Source: Torpedo marmorata (Eukaryota). From it: 64,000 nucleotides of DNA. The first letter of the stretch is position 1, and the number at the start of each line of letters is the position of its first letter. Location of the stretch: contig OZ360225.1 of NCBI GenBank assembly GCA_977017645.1, positions 69,874,001 to 69,938,000 on the forward strand, read 5' to 3'. The notes beneath the pieces are model-generated. The model was given only the letters and a program-made list of their open reading frames with translations, searched no databases and was not told where the DNA came from. Of this stretch, positions 1-12,519 are shown piece after piece. A program made the position numbers and the translations under genes.

Positions 1-463
1 CTTACAATTCTTGTCTCATTTTGGGATTCTGGGGTAAGTGTTTTTTTTTTCGTGCTGTAGCATCATCAAACTCTTTTAATGTTATTGAAATGAAAGAAAT
101 AACTTGCATCTATATTGAACCTTTCATATATACAGAGCAACCAAACTGTTTTACAAGCAATGAATTGCTTTTGAAGAGCAGCAGTTGTTTAAGGGCAGGA
201 GGCATGGATGGAAATTTTGAAGCTTCTTCAAATATAGCTAAGAGATCAGTGCAGAAAATAGAAAAGCTTGGATGCTCCTGGCTTACAGCTAATCTTGTTT
301 CACTCAACTGAACAATTTTATAGGTGCACAGATATGACAAAATACCCCTTCGATACAAACAAACACGGCGTTCAGTGGCAAAAGATCCATCTGGTTTGAT
401 GTGCTTTGGAGTCCAGTTAGTATTAAAATCCTGGGAGAACTAATTCACAGAGTAAAATTGATT

Positions 464-595
464 NNNNNNNNNNNNNNNNNNNNNNNNNNNNNNNNNNNNN
501 NNNNNNNNNNNNNNNNNNNNNNNNNNNNNNNNNNNNNNNNNNNNNNNNNNNNNNNNNNNNNNNNNNNNNNNNNNNNNNNNNNNNNNNNNNNNNNN
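464..595. other. Assembly gap (run of N)
   Basis: 132 consecutive N. Confidence 0.99.
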
Positions 596-2569
596 GAGGT
601 TTAGTGGCATTTTGTTCTGCTTCAGCAGTTTTAGCCTGACTTTGGAAAAGTCATCATGTGGCATTTTGTCAAGGGCTGCAACAGAAGATGGTAATAGTAC
701 AGTAACTTATTACACAGACACTTGAGTTATGATGTTCTCCAGCTGTATTGTTCATGTGTGAATAATAAGTTACGAGATGGATAATTATCCTGGATCTAGT
801 CATGCAGACCACTTCTAACCATACGGCTTTGTCCTAAGCAGACTATGTAGTAATGATGGACTGTCTCTGTATTGTGGCGAAAAGCTGTTGGAAGATGGGG
901 GTAGAGATGAACGATTACTCTAAGAGTTGAGTTCATTCATTTTTAGTTGAGTTCTGATGGTAATGAAATTCATTGGTTTTGTTCCATTGCTGACAGTTAA
1001 AGTGCCTGTGTACTGTATGTGTTCCAGCTTACCTTTGGGCAGTTTTCTTTTTTTTTTTTTTTGCAGTGTTCATTCAGCAGATTTTTAGTATCACAAATAT
1101 GAGATTTAAAGGCCCCCTGTGTTTGAATTATTTTTGGTTGGTGTATTCTTCAATTGCTGAATGGGATTCCCTTCTTTGTTTTGAGCCATTTGCCAACATG
1201 ACTGAAGCAGACCAGGTTGGGAATTCACTTCACCCCAGTTCCCCTGGAAAAAAGGATCTTGTATGGAGAGTCCATTCATTGTTGCAGGAAAACTTAAAAG
1301 TGAAAGAAAGAGGTGAAAAAGTTGTTCCTTCACACATTGCACAGAGACAGAGCAGGAAGGGATAAGAAAAAACAGTCGCTTGTATGAAGTGAAAAGAGGG
1401 CTTTGATCTCCTGCCATTTGCATGTGCACCATGAACAGCTACCTTGATATTTCTTCATTTGTTGACTCTTTGGTTAGGTTGCTGTTGCAGACCTCTTCTG
1501 ATAGCTTAATGTGTTAACTGCAGAAGCATAAATTTATCTGCTGTTTATTTTATCAGCTGTTCAAGTTCTCTCCTGCATGAATAATTCCATGAAGAGTCTT
1601 TTTGTGGAATTGGATCACAAGGAATTTTTGTAATACATAAATAGTCTGTCCACTTCAATTCATGGGAGTCAGGTAAAAATGACGTGTTTGTCAAGTTACT
1701 CAGATTTGTTATTGAAATATCAGAAAAGTTTGGGAAGGAATTTTAACTCTTCACATGTGGCAGAAATGGAAAAGGTGGAGGTCAGTTAAAATAAGATGGG
1801 TGACTTGCCACTTACCTGCTGAATTTAAAAATGCCTGATTTTGTAGATGTATGAGCTAGGTAAGTTTTCCACTGTCACTAGGATCTGGAGACTATGATGC
1901 CAAAAAGTTAACAGTCGTCACCAAAGCATCACTGGAGCATGCTATTTGGTGAAGTGCTGAGTGATTGAGCTTTTATGTTAAATTCATTTCTTCAGAAGGC
2001 AATAATGCTAGATTGGGTTATGGTCTATTGATGTTGATTCATGTTGCCATTTTATCCATACAGTTTATGACAGTTATGACAGTGAGTGCTAAAAGCTGTT
2101 CTATTGTGAAGGGTCGATGGGGGTGGGGTTGGGTGCTGGTCAGAGCTCCAACACAATTTCTCTTTTGGAGCTTAGGATCATAACAGCCTGTGCACTTACG
2201 GATTATATAATGCACATTATAATAAAAAGACAACTTGTACCAAGGAAGGAAATTATTCCAAATGTAGGAAGGCCATGAATGCTTCAGAAGGAATACAGAG
2301 AAGATTAACTGCAGTGGGTTCAAGATTGAAGGAATATGGTGTCGTTAGAGCAGAAGAGGAAAGAAGAAGGTTGATGATAGTATTAAAAACCATCGTCTTT
2401 AGATAAAATAACCGAAGGGAAAGTTTCCAATGGCAAAAAGGCAAATAAAAAGCACCAGGAGCTAAAAGACCAGCACCTCCATGAAAAAAAATGCAGAATG
2501 GTTAGGATTTGGAATGGACTGCCTGGTAAGATTGTGAATACCAATTGAATCAAACCCTTCCAAAAAAAA

Positions 2570-2900
2570 AGAACCTAAGAAGAAGCAGGTGCTTGCCATT
2601 CATCCCTTGGTGCCTTTTCTGCTATTCAGTAAAACCATTTTAACCTTGGCTCCACTTTCTTACATTAATCCTTGATTCTCTTAATATCTAAAAATCCATT
2701 AACCCATCTTGAATATAATGTGACTCTGCCTCCACAGCCCTCTGGATCATAAAATTCCAAAGATTCACTATCTGCTGGGTGAAGAATTTTCTTTTCATAT
2801 TTGTTCTGAACGGCCAGCTTGTGATTTTGAGATTCGTTTCTGTGGTTTTGAACACCACAACCATGGGAAACATCAACTCGGCATCTCTCCCTTAAAAATG
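2570..2900 (-). mobile_element. CR1-type LINE 3' fragment, decayed
   Basis: Minus-strand translation MFPMVV...RKFFTQQIVNLWNFMIQRAVEA is the typical CR1 ORF2 C-terminus. Boundaries approximate. Confidence 0.75.
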
Positions 2901-3199
2901 TTGTACTTTTCAAACTTTTTTTGGTAATGTAAGACTTTTTATTTGATCTTGTACTATCTTTAACTTACATTGTTAGCCATGGTTAGACCACCTTTCCTGT
3001 CGGTGTTTGTATCTTCACGGAAACTTTTATTTGTAAACCATGTATCATTTCTTTAAAACGTAGTATTTGCTTCTTTACTGTCAAACCTAATTTTTGTCCC
3101 ATCTTTCTTCATTCATTCCTTCATTGTTTGCTTTATTCAGGTTTAACGCTATGGTTTTCAGATTGAACTGCTTCAATCATTATATGAAATACTATGATA

Positions 3200-4062
3200 C
3201 AGTATGTTTCCGATTATCCGAAATGCTTGTGACCTATCTCGGTTATCTGGATTTTTCGGATAGTTGAGAAATTTCTTTAAGCAGGCCAGTAGCATCAGCA
3301 GACACTTGTATCTGCGGTTAAACAACAACAAATAACAACAGAAGGTTTTTCAAGCATGAAATAATGTTTAATTCTTACCAAAAAACAACATGATCAACAA
3401 CAGCATAAACGCTTCCTCCTTTTCTTCTCACTGACATCGACAGTGCTATCTGCAGACCTTTTTGCCATTGCAGCTATATATTCAAACAGTACACGAGAGC
3501 TCCATTGATTCAAAATGGCGCTAACAGCGCGACATACCCACACCAGAGCTGTATCTTTGAACAGTACACGAGAGCTCCGTTGATTCAAAATGACGCTAAT
3601 CGCGCGAAAGACCCCCACCAGAGCTGTATCTTTGAACAGTACACGAGAGCTCCGTTGATTCAAAATGACGCTAATCGCGCGACAGACCCCCACCAGAGCT
3701 GTATCTTTGAACAGTACACGAGAGCTCCGTTGATTCCAATGGCGCTAACTGCGCGACAGACCCCTACCTGAGCTGTATCTTTTAACAGTACACGAGAGCT
3801 CCGTTGATTCCAATGGTGTCAGAGCCCCACTTGAGCAATTGGGTGAAATCTTGCACTTGCAGCTGTATCTTTGACCAGTACACGAGAGCTCCGTTGATTC
3901 AAAATTGCGCTAACCGCACGTCAGACCCCCACTTGAGCATGGTGGGTAAAAAAAAAAAATTTAAACTTTTTTCAAATTGTGATGTCATGTCTCAGCCAAA
4001 GTTTTTTTTCGGATATTAGAGAATTTCAGTAGATCAGTTTCCGGTTAATCGGAAACGTACTG
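3200..4062 (-). mobile_element. Tigger/pogo-type (Tigger4/Zombi-like) non-autonomous DNA transposon
   Basis: TIRs CAGTATGTTTCCGATTATCCG and CGGTTAATCGGAAACGTACTG, flanked by TA at 3198-3199 and 4063-4064. A transposase N-terminal remnant MAKRSADSTVDVSEKKRRKRLC starts at 3468 on the minus strand. Confidence 0.85.
3472..3935. repeat. 75-bp tandem minisatellite (about 6 units) inside the Tigger-like element
   Basis: Unit AGCTGTATCTTTGAACAGTACACGAGAGCTCCGTTGATTC... starts at 3472, 3547, 3622, 3697, 3771 and 3861. Confidence 0.95.
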
Positions 4063-4409
4063 TACTACAATCACTGTTCCCTGAAGATCCCTTAACTGCC
4101 AAAGCATCAGTTAACCCTTTCTCATTACACAATACAAAATCTAAAAAAAACTACTCTGTCATTGCTCACTTGACACATTGATCATGAAACCTATCTCTTG
4201 TACGCCACTTAAATTGATTTTCCACACTATTACTGCTCATTTGGTTTACCCAGATTATCTGTAGATTGATGTCCTCCATGATTCTAATACCCTTGTTACA
4301 TGCACCTCTTATTTCTTAATTTATATTACTGTTTGATGTATGTACAACTGCAACCAAAATGTTCTGCCCTTTGTGTTTTCTTTGCTTAACTCAAGCTGAT
4401 TCTAAAAGT

Positions 4410-5035
4410 CTTGATTGGCATTCATAGCAGGAGGAATAGGATACAAGTGCAGGGATGTGATGTTAAGGCTTTAAAAGGCACTGGTGAGGCCTCACCTGGA
4501 CTACTAGGTACAGTTTTGGGCTCAATATTTAAGAAAGGATGTATTAGCATTGGAGAGGGTTTAGAGAAGATTCACAAGAATGATTCCCTGAATGAATGAT
4601 TAGGATATGAGGAATGTTTAATGGCTCTTGGAGTTCAGACAAATGAGGGGGGATCTCATTGAAGCATTTTGAATCTTGAAAGGCCTAGACACAGTGAATG
4701 TGGCAATGTTGTTTCCCATGGTAGGGGAATCTAGGACAATGGGGCACAACTTCAGGAATGAAGGATGCCCATTTAAAATAGACTTGTGGAGGAATTTCTT
4801 TAGTCAGAAAGTGATGAACCTCCGGAATTTGCTACCACACATGGCTGTGGAGGCCAAGTCGTTGGGTGTATTTAAGGCAGAGATTGATAGGTATCTGAAC
4901 AGTCAGGGTATCAAGGGTTATGGGAAAAGTCAGGGGAGTCGGGCGGAGTGGGAGAATCAGCTCATGATGGAATGGCGGAGCGGTCTCAATGGTCCGAATA
5001 GCCTACTTCTGCTCCTATATCTTATGGTCTTATGG
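4410..5035 (+). mobile_element. CR1-type LINE 3' fragment
   Basis: ORF 4676-5134 includes LFPMVGESRTMGHNFR...RNFFSQKVMNLRNLLP..AVEA. The 3' end CCTACTTCTGCTCCTATATCTTATGGTCTTATGG is a CR1-like tail. Confidence 0.85.
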
Positions 5036-5269
5036 GTTTGCTGCGCTAAGGTACTTCTTCTCTACTGCCTTCATCCCATTCTTTATTTCAGGGTTACCTT
5101 GCATCCTTTTTCAATTTTTGTCTACCTCTTTTAAAAGTTAAGTATGCTAAAATATTTATTTCCCAACCTGGTCAATTTGCAACCACTTCTCTGTGATAAA
5201 TGTTAGATTATACCTGTTTATTTCTGTTTGAGCCATTAATTAATCTACCCTGTTATGCTTTCAGGTGAT

Positions 5270-5495
5270 TGGGTGGCACGGTTATCTTAACTCTATTGGA
5301 GTCAGTGACCCAGGTTCGAATCCAATGCTGTCTGTAAGGAGCTTATACATTCTCCCTGCTTGGGTGCTCCGGTTTCCTCCCACCTTCCAAAAACTTAGGG
5401 GGTTGGTAGGTTAATTAGGTGTAATTGGGCAGCACAGGCTTCAATAGCCAGAATCAGCTTCTACCATGTTGTAAGTAAATTTAAAATTTAAATTA
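5270..5495 (+). mobile_element. tRNA-derived V-domain SINE (HE1-like)
   Basis: Head GGGTGGCACGGT, B box GGTTCGAATCC, core GGGTGCTCCGGTTTCCTCCCAC, (TTTAAA)n-like tail. Confidence 0.75.
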
Positions 5496-6029
5496 TTTAA
5501 AAGACCAAAAACTAATGTTTCGATATGAGGAAGAGGTTGGCAAGGTTGCCAGTCAGGATATCTGGCAGACTACTTGCACTCAATGATCTCCACTTGTTGC
5601 TGCACTTTTCTCTGCAATTCCATCGACATTCAGAAATGTGTTTTTTTAAGTTGAAGTATTGATTTTTTTTATCAGAGCTGATTGTTAAGGATTATGTTCT
5701 GTCAACATTCCATTAGCACTACCTGTCTATTGATATCAGAGTTCCTGTAAGTCCATAAAAGGAAGGAATTTAAGGTACTTTCAGCATGAATAAGGTGGGA
5801 AGACCAGTGGTATGATTTTCTTGTACTTATTATTCTTGATCTGTTTACTTCATTTGCTCTGATGCATAATCATTACAATTAATTTGTTCTAAAAATTGCC
5901 AATTACCTTGCATAAATAATTTCATGTTTTAAAGATTTACAAGTTTTAAATGACCACAAAATGGGTTGATAATTCTCAGACAAGTGAATATTTGTTGATT
6001 GTTCGGTTACATTGTGAATTTTAGATGAG

Positions 6030-6205
6030 GTTATGAAGACATCTATGTGAGGCACTGCCTCAAGAAGGCAGCCAACATCATAAAGGATCCCCATCACACT
6101 TGTCATGGTCTCTTCTTGCTGCTACCTTTACGCAGAAGTTATAGAAGCCTGAAATCCGGCAGCTCCACGTTCAAGAACATTTTTTTTCAACAACTATCAA
6201 GTTCC
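6030..6205 (+). mobile_element. Rex1/Babar LINE 3' fragment
   Basis: Encodes CLKKAANIIKDPHH..HGLFLLLPLRRSYRSLK, the same C-terminal region as the longer copies at 20.2 kb and 54 kb. Confidence 0.7.
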
Positions 6206-6587
6206 TGTGTGAAAGTAGACCTGAGGTTAATTGATAAACAAAGACAAATACAGCTGCAAAATTTCACTGTGCTATTTTAATTCACTTTGAAAAGCACGAG
6301 AACTCCATTGCAGCAAGAAGCACTACCACAAACAGCTAGTCTCACCACAAGGGAGTTTGTCTCGTGGCTTGCGTTATATATTTATGCAGACAAACTTCTA
6401 GTTTTCCTGAACATTCAAACAAACTTTCACCATATAAGTACATGTTTCTTAGGATTCTCTTGGGATTTGTTAACCAGGGTTGTGTCCCTTACCCAATGGT
6501 TATTAGTCTTTTACTTTTTTTGCTAAATAAGGAGTTCATAAACAGCATTAGCCTTGCTGAATTATAAACAAGAGAATGGAATCTGGT

Positions 6588-6776
6588 TTCTCTCTCTCTC
6601 TGTCTCTCCCCAGCTCTCTCTCTCTCTCCCTAGCTCTCTTTCTCTCTCTCTAGTTCTTTCTCTCTCTCTAGCTCTCTCTCTCTCTCTTGCTCTCTTTCTC
6701 TAGCTCTTTCTCTCTATCTCTCTCTCTATCTCTCTTTATCTCTCTCTCTCTTTATCTCTCTCTCTATCTCTCTCTC
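6588..6776. repeat. Imperfect (CT)n microsatellite
   Basis: Directly visible CT-rich tract. Confidence 0.95.
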
Positions 6777-7304
6777 AACATTTTAAAACTCACATTCTCA
6801 CCTTTTTTGCACAAACTGCAGTTTTGCACGAACTATCCTTTTATATTTATTATCCTTTTTTTGTCTCAAGTTTCATTACGGTAACTTAATTTATACTATT
6901 GTTGTTGGTGTGGCTTACATACTGTACCTGTGTGGCTGCAGCAAGTAATACTTTTGGTGCATCTGTCATTGTACTCATGTATATGATAATAAACTCTCAT
7001 ACTTGTACTCAGTAATGCCCAGTGAGTTGACTTAAACTGCTGTTGAATGATATTTGGATATTTTTAGAACTTGGCTCTGATTTTTTTTTTAAAAGCTGAA
7101 GTTGGGCCTTTTTTCAACAACCGACCACCCCAATGACAAAATTGTAAAAGTATAACTTTACACCCTGTTACCATTTAACTGGCAGAACAGACAAATTTTA
7201 ACATGTTTTACCATCGTATCTGATCACCGGATTGACAGTGGAGATCATTGATCTATTTTGTCACTAATCCATCTTAGATTCTTTTATGCGAAGGAGTGAT
7301 GGCA

Positions 7305-7690
7305 TTATCATTGCCATTCAAAACCTCTGAAGATCCAAAACACAGCAAATGAAGTACTTGTAGAATCAATTTGCTGTTTCAAATACTGAAACCACTTTGC
7401 ATGGAGCCAACTTCCTTGAACAATAATGAAAAAAATGATCAGATAATCTATAGACTGATGCTGGTTGAGAGAAAAACATTTATTTGCCAGGACATCAGAA
7501 GAACTCACCTGTTCGTCTCCAAAATTGTGCACAAGATCATTTTATTTATCAGCGATGTGACCTCTGTTTACTGCTTTATCAAAAGGTAGAACCTTCAACA
7601 TACAGTATTACATTGAGCATTGGATTGTACTCAACTCTCTGGAGTGGGATTTGATCCCCAAACCTGAGGTGAAGGTACTGCGACTGTCAA
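7305..7690 (-). mobile_element. Old Deu-domain SINE (SacSINE1/AmnSINE-like), degenerate
   Basis: The reverse complement resembles the Deu-SINE consensus as I recall it (...AATCCCACTCCAGAGA..., GTCCTGGCAAATA..., AGATTATCTGATCATT). Related copies lie at 14.8, 37.4-38.3 and 59.75 kb. Confidence 0.55.
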
Positions 7691-7889
7691 TTAAATTGCA
7701 ATAAAGTTGCCTTAGGTGAAATGATAATAAGTGTTAAGATAAACAAGTGTTGAGCTTCTAAAAACATTTGCCAATCGTAATGTTGGCTTGTTGATGAAAT
7801 TCAATGCAATCTTGTGATTCAGTATGATAGTTAAATGCACTTTAAGATTTGCCTCTAAATTTTCCACTTGTTTTTTGTTCACTTTATAG

Positions 7890-7995
7890 CTCCGCACCCA
7901 CTTTTCCCCTCCTTCCACCCACCTGTTCCAATTGATGCCAGACATCATGAGGGGCGCTACCACTATGAACCATCACCTCTTGCCCCGCTGCACAT
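7890..7995 (+). CDS. GLI3: GLI3 coding exon (equivalent of human exon 4), 106 bp
   Basis: Pyrimidine tract with TAG acceptor (7887-7889) and GTAAGT donor at 7996. Translates (x)[34 protein letters not shown](M), matching GLI3 [26 protein letters not shown]. The terminal AT joins the G of the next exon to make ATG. Confidence 0.96.
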
Positions 7996-9077
7996 GTAAG
8001 TACGATTCCTCACTCTACTGATGGACCTTGGTAAAGCAAAGCATGTAATAAAATTTTTATGATAGTTGTTTATCTGGTCCAGGCATATGAGACTGCAAAT
8101 ACAACTTTCAACCAAATTTGTAGCAAGAGATACTCTTTATTTCAGTATCACAGTTTGTTTTTAAATATTGGCCCTGATTTTTTACAATGAACAATGGCGA
8201 GAGTTACCTTACTGTTGCACCAACAACATTTGTACCGATAGCATCAGGGTGAGAAACTTAACATTCACGTCAAGGAAGGGTGCAAAATTCTGCTACTTAA
8301 TCATGAGCATACCAAAAAAAAGTGGCTTGTAAATTTAAGAACAAGTGAATAATTTAGTTAGATATCAATGATCTGGATGATAATGTGGTAAATTGGATCA
8401 GCAAGTTTGCAGTTGATACAAAGATTGGAGGTGTAGTGGACAGTGAGGAAGGCTTTCAAAGCTTGCAGAGGGATCTGCACCAGTTGGAAAAATGGGCTGC
8501 AAAATGGCAGATGGAATTTAATGCAGACAAATGTGAGGAGTTGCATTTTGGAAGGACAAACCAAGGTAGGACGTAACTATCAATGGTAGGGCATTAAGGA
8601 GTGCGGTAGAACAGAGGGATCTGGGAATAATTCCATGAATGTGGCGTCACAGATTGATAGGGTCGTAAAGAGAGCTTTTGTGTCGGAGTTAGGATGTAAT
8701 GGTGAAGTTGTACAAGACATTGGTGAGGCCAAATTTGGAGCATTGTGTGCAGTTTTGGTCACCTAACTACAGGAAGGATATCAATAAGATTGAAAGAGTG
8801 CAGAGGAGATTTACAAGGACATTGCCAAGTCTTGATGAACTGAGTTACAGGGAAAGGTTGAACAGGTTAGGACTTTGTTCCCTGGAGTGCAGAAGATTTG
8901 ATAGAGGTATACAAAATTATGATGGGTATTATAGATTATTATAAATAGAGTAAATGCAAGCAGGCTTTTTTCCACTGAGGTTAGGTGAGATAAAAACTGG
9001 AGGACGTGGGTTAAGGGAGAAAGGGGAAAGGTTTAAAGGGGACATTAGGGGGAACTTCTTCATGCAGTGTGACGGGA

Positions 9078-10907
9078 AGGTGATTATACTAGATGTAGAG
9101 AGGTTACGGAGTTTAAATGGGCTAAAGAAAGTATTAAATATCTGGGAGTTAAAGTGGATACAAAGTTGGAAAATTTGTATAAATTAAACTATATACCTTT
9201 ATTCATGAAAATAAAAAAGATTTAGAACTTTGGAAAGATTTACCTATAATTTTGATGGGAAGAGTAAATTGTATCAAAATGAATGTTTTTCCAAGAATTC
9301 AATATCTTTTTCAATCGATTCCTTTTGGAATCCAAAATAAATTTTTTAAGGATTTAAAATTTGTTATTAGGAAATTTTTATGGAAAGGAAAGTTGGCAAG
9401 AGTAAGTATAGATAAATTAACATGGAATTATGAGATGGGAGGATTGCAACTTCCTAATTTTCAGTATTACTATAAAGCAGCTCAATTAAAATTTATTAAT
9501 GAATTTTTTGATTCAACTAAATCTTCTGCTTGGATTAATATAGAATTGAATAATATAGGAGAAATACATAAAGAAGAGATTATTTATAAGTGGAACTCTA
9601 AATTATTATTAGCTAAAAAGAAAAATTCACCAATTATTAAACATTTGTTGGAAATTTGGTCACATAAAGAAATAGGTCGGAAAGGATCAATTTCTTTAAA
9701 TACACCAATATACCAAAATTTGCTTATACCATTCTCTATTGATAATCAGTTACTTAAATTATGATTTCAAAAGGGAATTAAGACCTTGAAAGATTGTTTT
9801 GAAGCTGGTAGATTTGTTACTTTTCAAAGGTTAAAAGAAAAATTTAATATACTAGATAATACAATGTTAGTTTATTTTCAAGTTAAAGCCTTTTTGACTG
9901 AGATATTAGGGAATGAATTAGTAGCACCAAGACAAAATGAATTGGAACTGTTAATTACTAAAGTTAATATTAATAAGTTTATATCGCAAATGTATAAACT
10001 ATTTCAGAGAAAGATGTCTAAAGTAGGGTTACATAAATCTAGATTAAAATGGGAACTAGACTTAAATGTTAATATAGATGAAAATCATTGGAAAGATTTA
10101 TGTAAATTAAGTATGACTAAAGTTATTAATGGTAGATATAGACTAGTACAATATAATTTCTTTCATCAATTATATTTAACACCTAAAAAATTGAAGAAAT
10201 TTAATCCAGCATTATCCGATATGTGTTTTAGATGTAAGAGTGAAATAGGCTCTTTTGTTCACTGTACATGGTTATGTTCAAAAATTCAAGACTTTTGGTT
10301 GAAAGTTAAGAATTTTTTAGAGAGAATTTTTAATGTGTTTATGATGGATCCTATGTTATTTTTATTTGGAGATATTAGAAAATTTAGTATTAGAAATAGA
10401 TTAAATATGTACCAAGTAGAATTTCTACGTATAGTATTAGCAGTTTCGAAAAAGTGTATAGCTATTACTTGGAAGTCAGATGTAGATTTAAATTTAGAAA
10501 GATGGCATGCAGAATTACGTTCATGTATACCATTAGAAAAAATTACCTATAATTTGCGTAACAAATATCATTTTTTCTTGAAAATTTGGGGCCCATATAT
10601 GAGAATTATGGGTTTAACAATTTAAACTCTCTGGATATCGGATCCACTGGCGAAAATAACCTCTATGGTAGAATTAGTTTGAAGCTTGTTTTCTCCTCAC
10701 TCTATTTTTCTATCTTTCTTTTTTCTTTTTCTCTTTTTCTTTTTCTCTTTTACTATTTTTTTTTTTAGAGTAGTGGGGATATAGGGGTTAGGGAGGGGAG
10801 GGTGGGAAGGGGGGAGAAAATGTATATCACATGTATTTTCAAATATATGCATTTTATTTTATGTATTTTGTGATTTGAAAATTTAAATAAAATATTTTTT
10901 TAAAAAA
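9078..10907 (+). mobile_element. 5'-truncated L1-clade LINE (ORF2 C-terminal half)
   Basis: ORFs 9252-9764 (GRVNCIKMNVFPRIQYLFQSIP...GGLQLPNF) and 9786-10625 (CFRCKSEIGSFVHCTWLC zinc knuckle). G-rich 3'UTR, AATAAA and A tail. 16-bp TSD ATGCAGTGTGA(C/T)GGGA at 9062-9077 and 10908-10923. Confidence 0.92.
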
Positions 10908-10977
10908 ATGCAGTGTGATGGGATTGTGCAATGAGTTGCCAGCTGAACTGGTAAATGCAGGCTTAATTTTGACATTT

Positions 10978-12122
10978 TTTAAAAGATATTTTTATTGAAG
11001 CAAAATAGCCATATTTTTATAAAGAGATACACATAAGAAAAAAAATAGAAACAAAAAAACAAGCGAACAAACAAACAGAGTGCTCCCTTCCACCCCCCAC
11101 CCGCAACCCTGGTATGGTAGAAATTTGTCCCACGTTCACAATTGAAATCGATCAAGTAAGGTATGAGGTCCTAATGTATATTAATAAGGTATATATTACT
11201 ACATTAAGCAGATAGTAGGTGTAAGGGTTAAAATGACTTGCAAACATTTTTGCAAGAAACCAGCTGGCTAATATTGTTTACAAATTCCACAAGTGTGTCT
11301 CCATAGCAACAGCCTCCAAGCCAAGGTCTCCCTCTGCATTTTTGAGATAAACAACCTTGTTTGAATTTGTCTTTGTACTATTTGAACCAGCGCAAAATGT
11401 AGTACGGGAGGACGGGTATCCGAACTAATTCAGTAGCCGAGGAGGTGTAATGATGGTAATAAGGCCAAAAAAGAGCCCCATATTTTTTCATATATTGCTG
11501 GTTTCCTCCTCACACGATACAAGATCTTTTCAGGTGTACTATAGGATGTTAACTCGTTTAACCATTGCCTCTGTGAAGGAGGAAATTCAGATTTCCTGTT
11601 TTGTATGATACACTTTTTCCCAGCTGTGGCTGCAAGCATTATAAAGTATTTTTTATTGTGGTTCACATTAAAACCTTGTAGATCTCCCAAATTCCAGACC
11701 CTAGGGTCAAATGAAATTTCGGTTTTTATAATATCTGAGGTTATTCTAACAATGCATTTTCAAAGGTCTTCCAGATAAGAGCAATTCCAAAGCATATGAA
11801 GTAAATCTCCGTCACAAGTTTTACATCTCTGACAATTGGGAGAGGGGTTATGGTATATTTTGTGCAGTCTATGTGGAGTGTAGTAGGTCCTATTAAAGAT
11901 ATTAAACTGTATTTGCCTATGTTTAGTTGAGATTAATACAATTTGAGACATTTGAAGAATATTACACCAATCAGCATCATCGTAATTGCATTCAAGATCT
12001 GATTCCCATTTATTTTTAATATCACTCAGTATAGATTGGCAAGCTACTGTTTAAAATAATATAAATAGATGATGTCAGACCCTTTGTAGTGTACAGGGCT
12101 TCACTAAGCAAGTGCTTTTCAA
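10978..12122 (-). mobile_element. 5'-truncated L1-clade LINE, second family
   Basis: Minus-strand QFNIFNRTYYTPHRL..CQRCKTCDGDLLHMLWNC knuckle. 15-bp TSD TTAATTTTGACATTT at 10963-10977 and 12123-12137. Confidence 0.88.
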
Positions 12123-12519
12123 TTAATTTTGACATTTAAGAAAAAAATTGGGCAGGTACATGGGCAGGAGGGGAATGGAGGGAGATGGTCCAGGTGGGAC
12201 CAGGCAGAAAAATATTTTCACACAGACTAGAAGGGCATGTTTCTGTGCTTTGTGTTCTATCGTTCTGTGGTTCTAAAAAAAACTGCCAAGCACCCTCACC
12301 TGCACTGGAAATTTACTTTTATAAATGTTAGATCTCAATACTTAAAATTTTAATTACGATGCAAAATTGGGGAAAAAAAGTTGAAACTTATTTCTTAATG
12401 TTTCATGCCTACTACTCACTTTCCCATTATCCTTTATTCTTTATTTCCATTTCTGTACATTAGATGTTGAATTCTATATTTTGATTTACACTCTCCTTCA
12501 GATTATATTGAAGATAACA

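Larger units (their letters stand above)
8357..12275 (+). mobile_element. CR1-type LINE interrupted by two L1 insertions
   Basis: RT motif ISKFAVDTKIGG..LQRDL..WQMEFNADKC and LYKTLVRPNLEHCVQFWSP. CR1 sequence resumes at 10908-10977 and 12123-12275, ending in (GTTCTAT)n-like repeats. Confidence 0.88.

Noticed and set aside
3472-3935. CRISPR-like regular repeats
   Set aside because: Contiguous tandem units without unique spacers, inside a eukaryotic DNA transposon, with no cas genes.
9252-10625. Long ORFs as a host gene
   Set aside because: L1 ORF2 C-terminus with TSD and poly(A) tail, interrupted by a stop.
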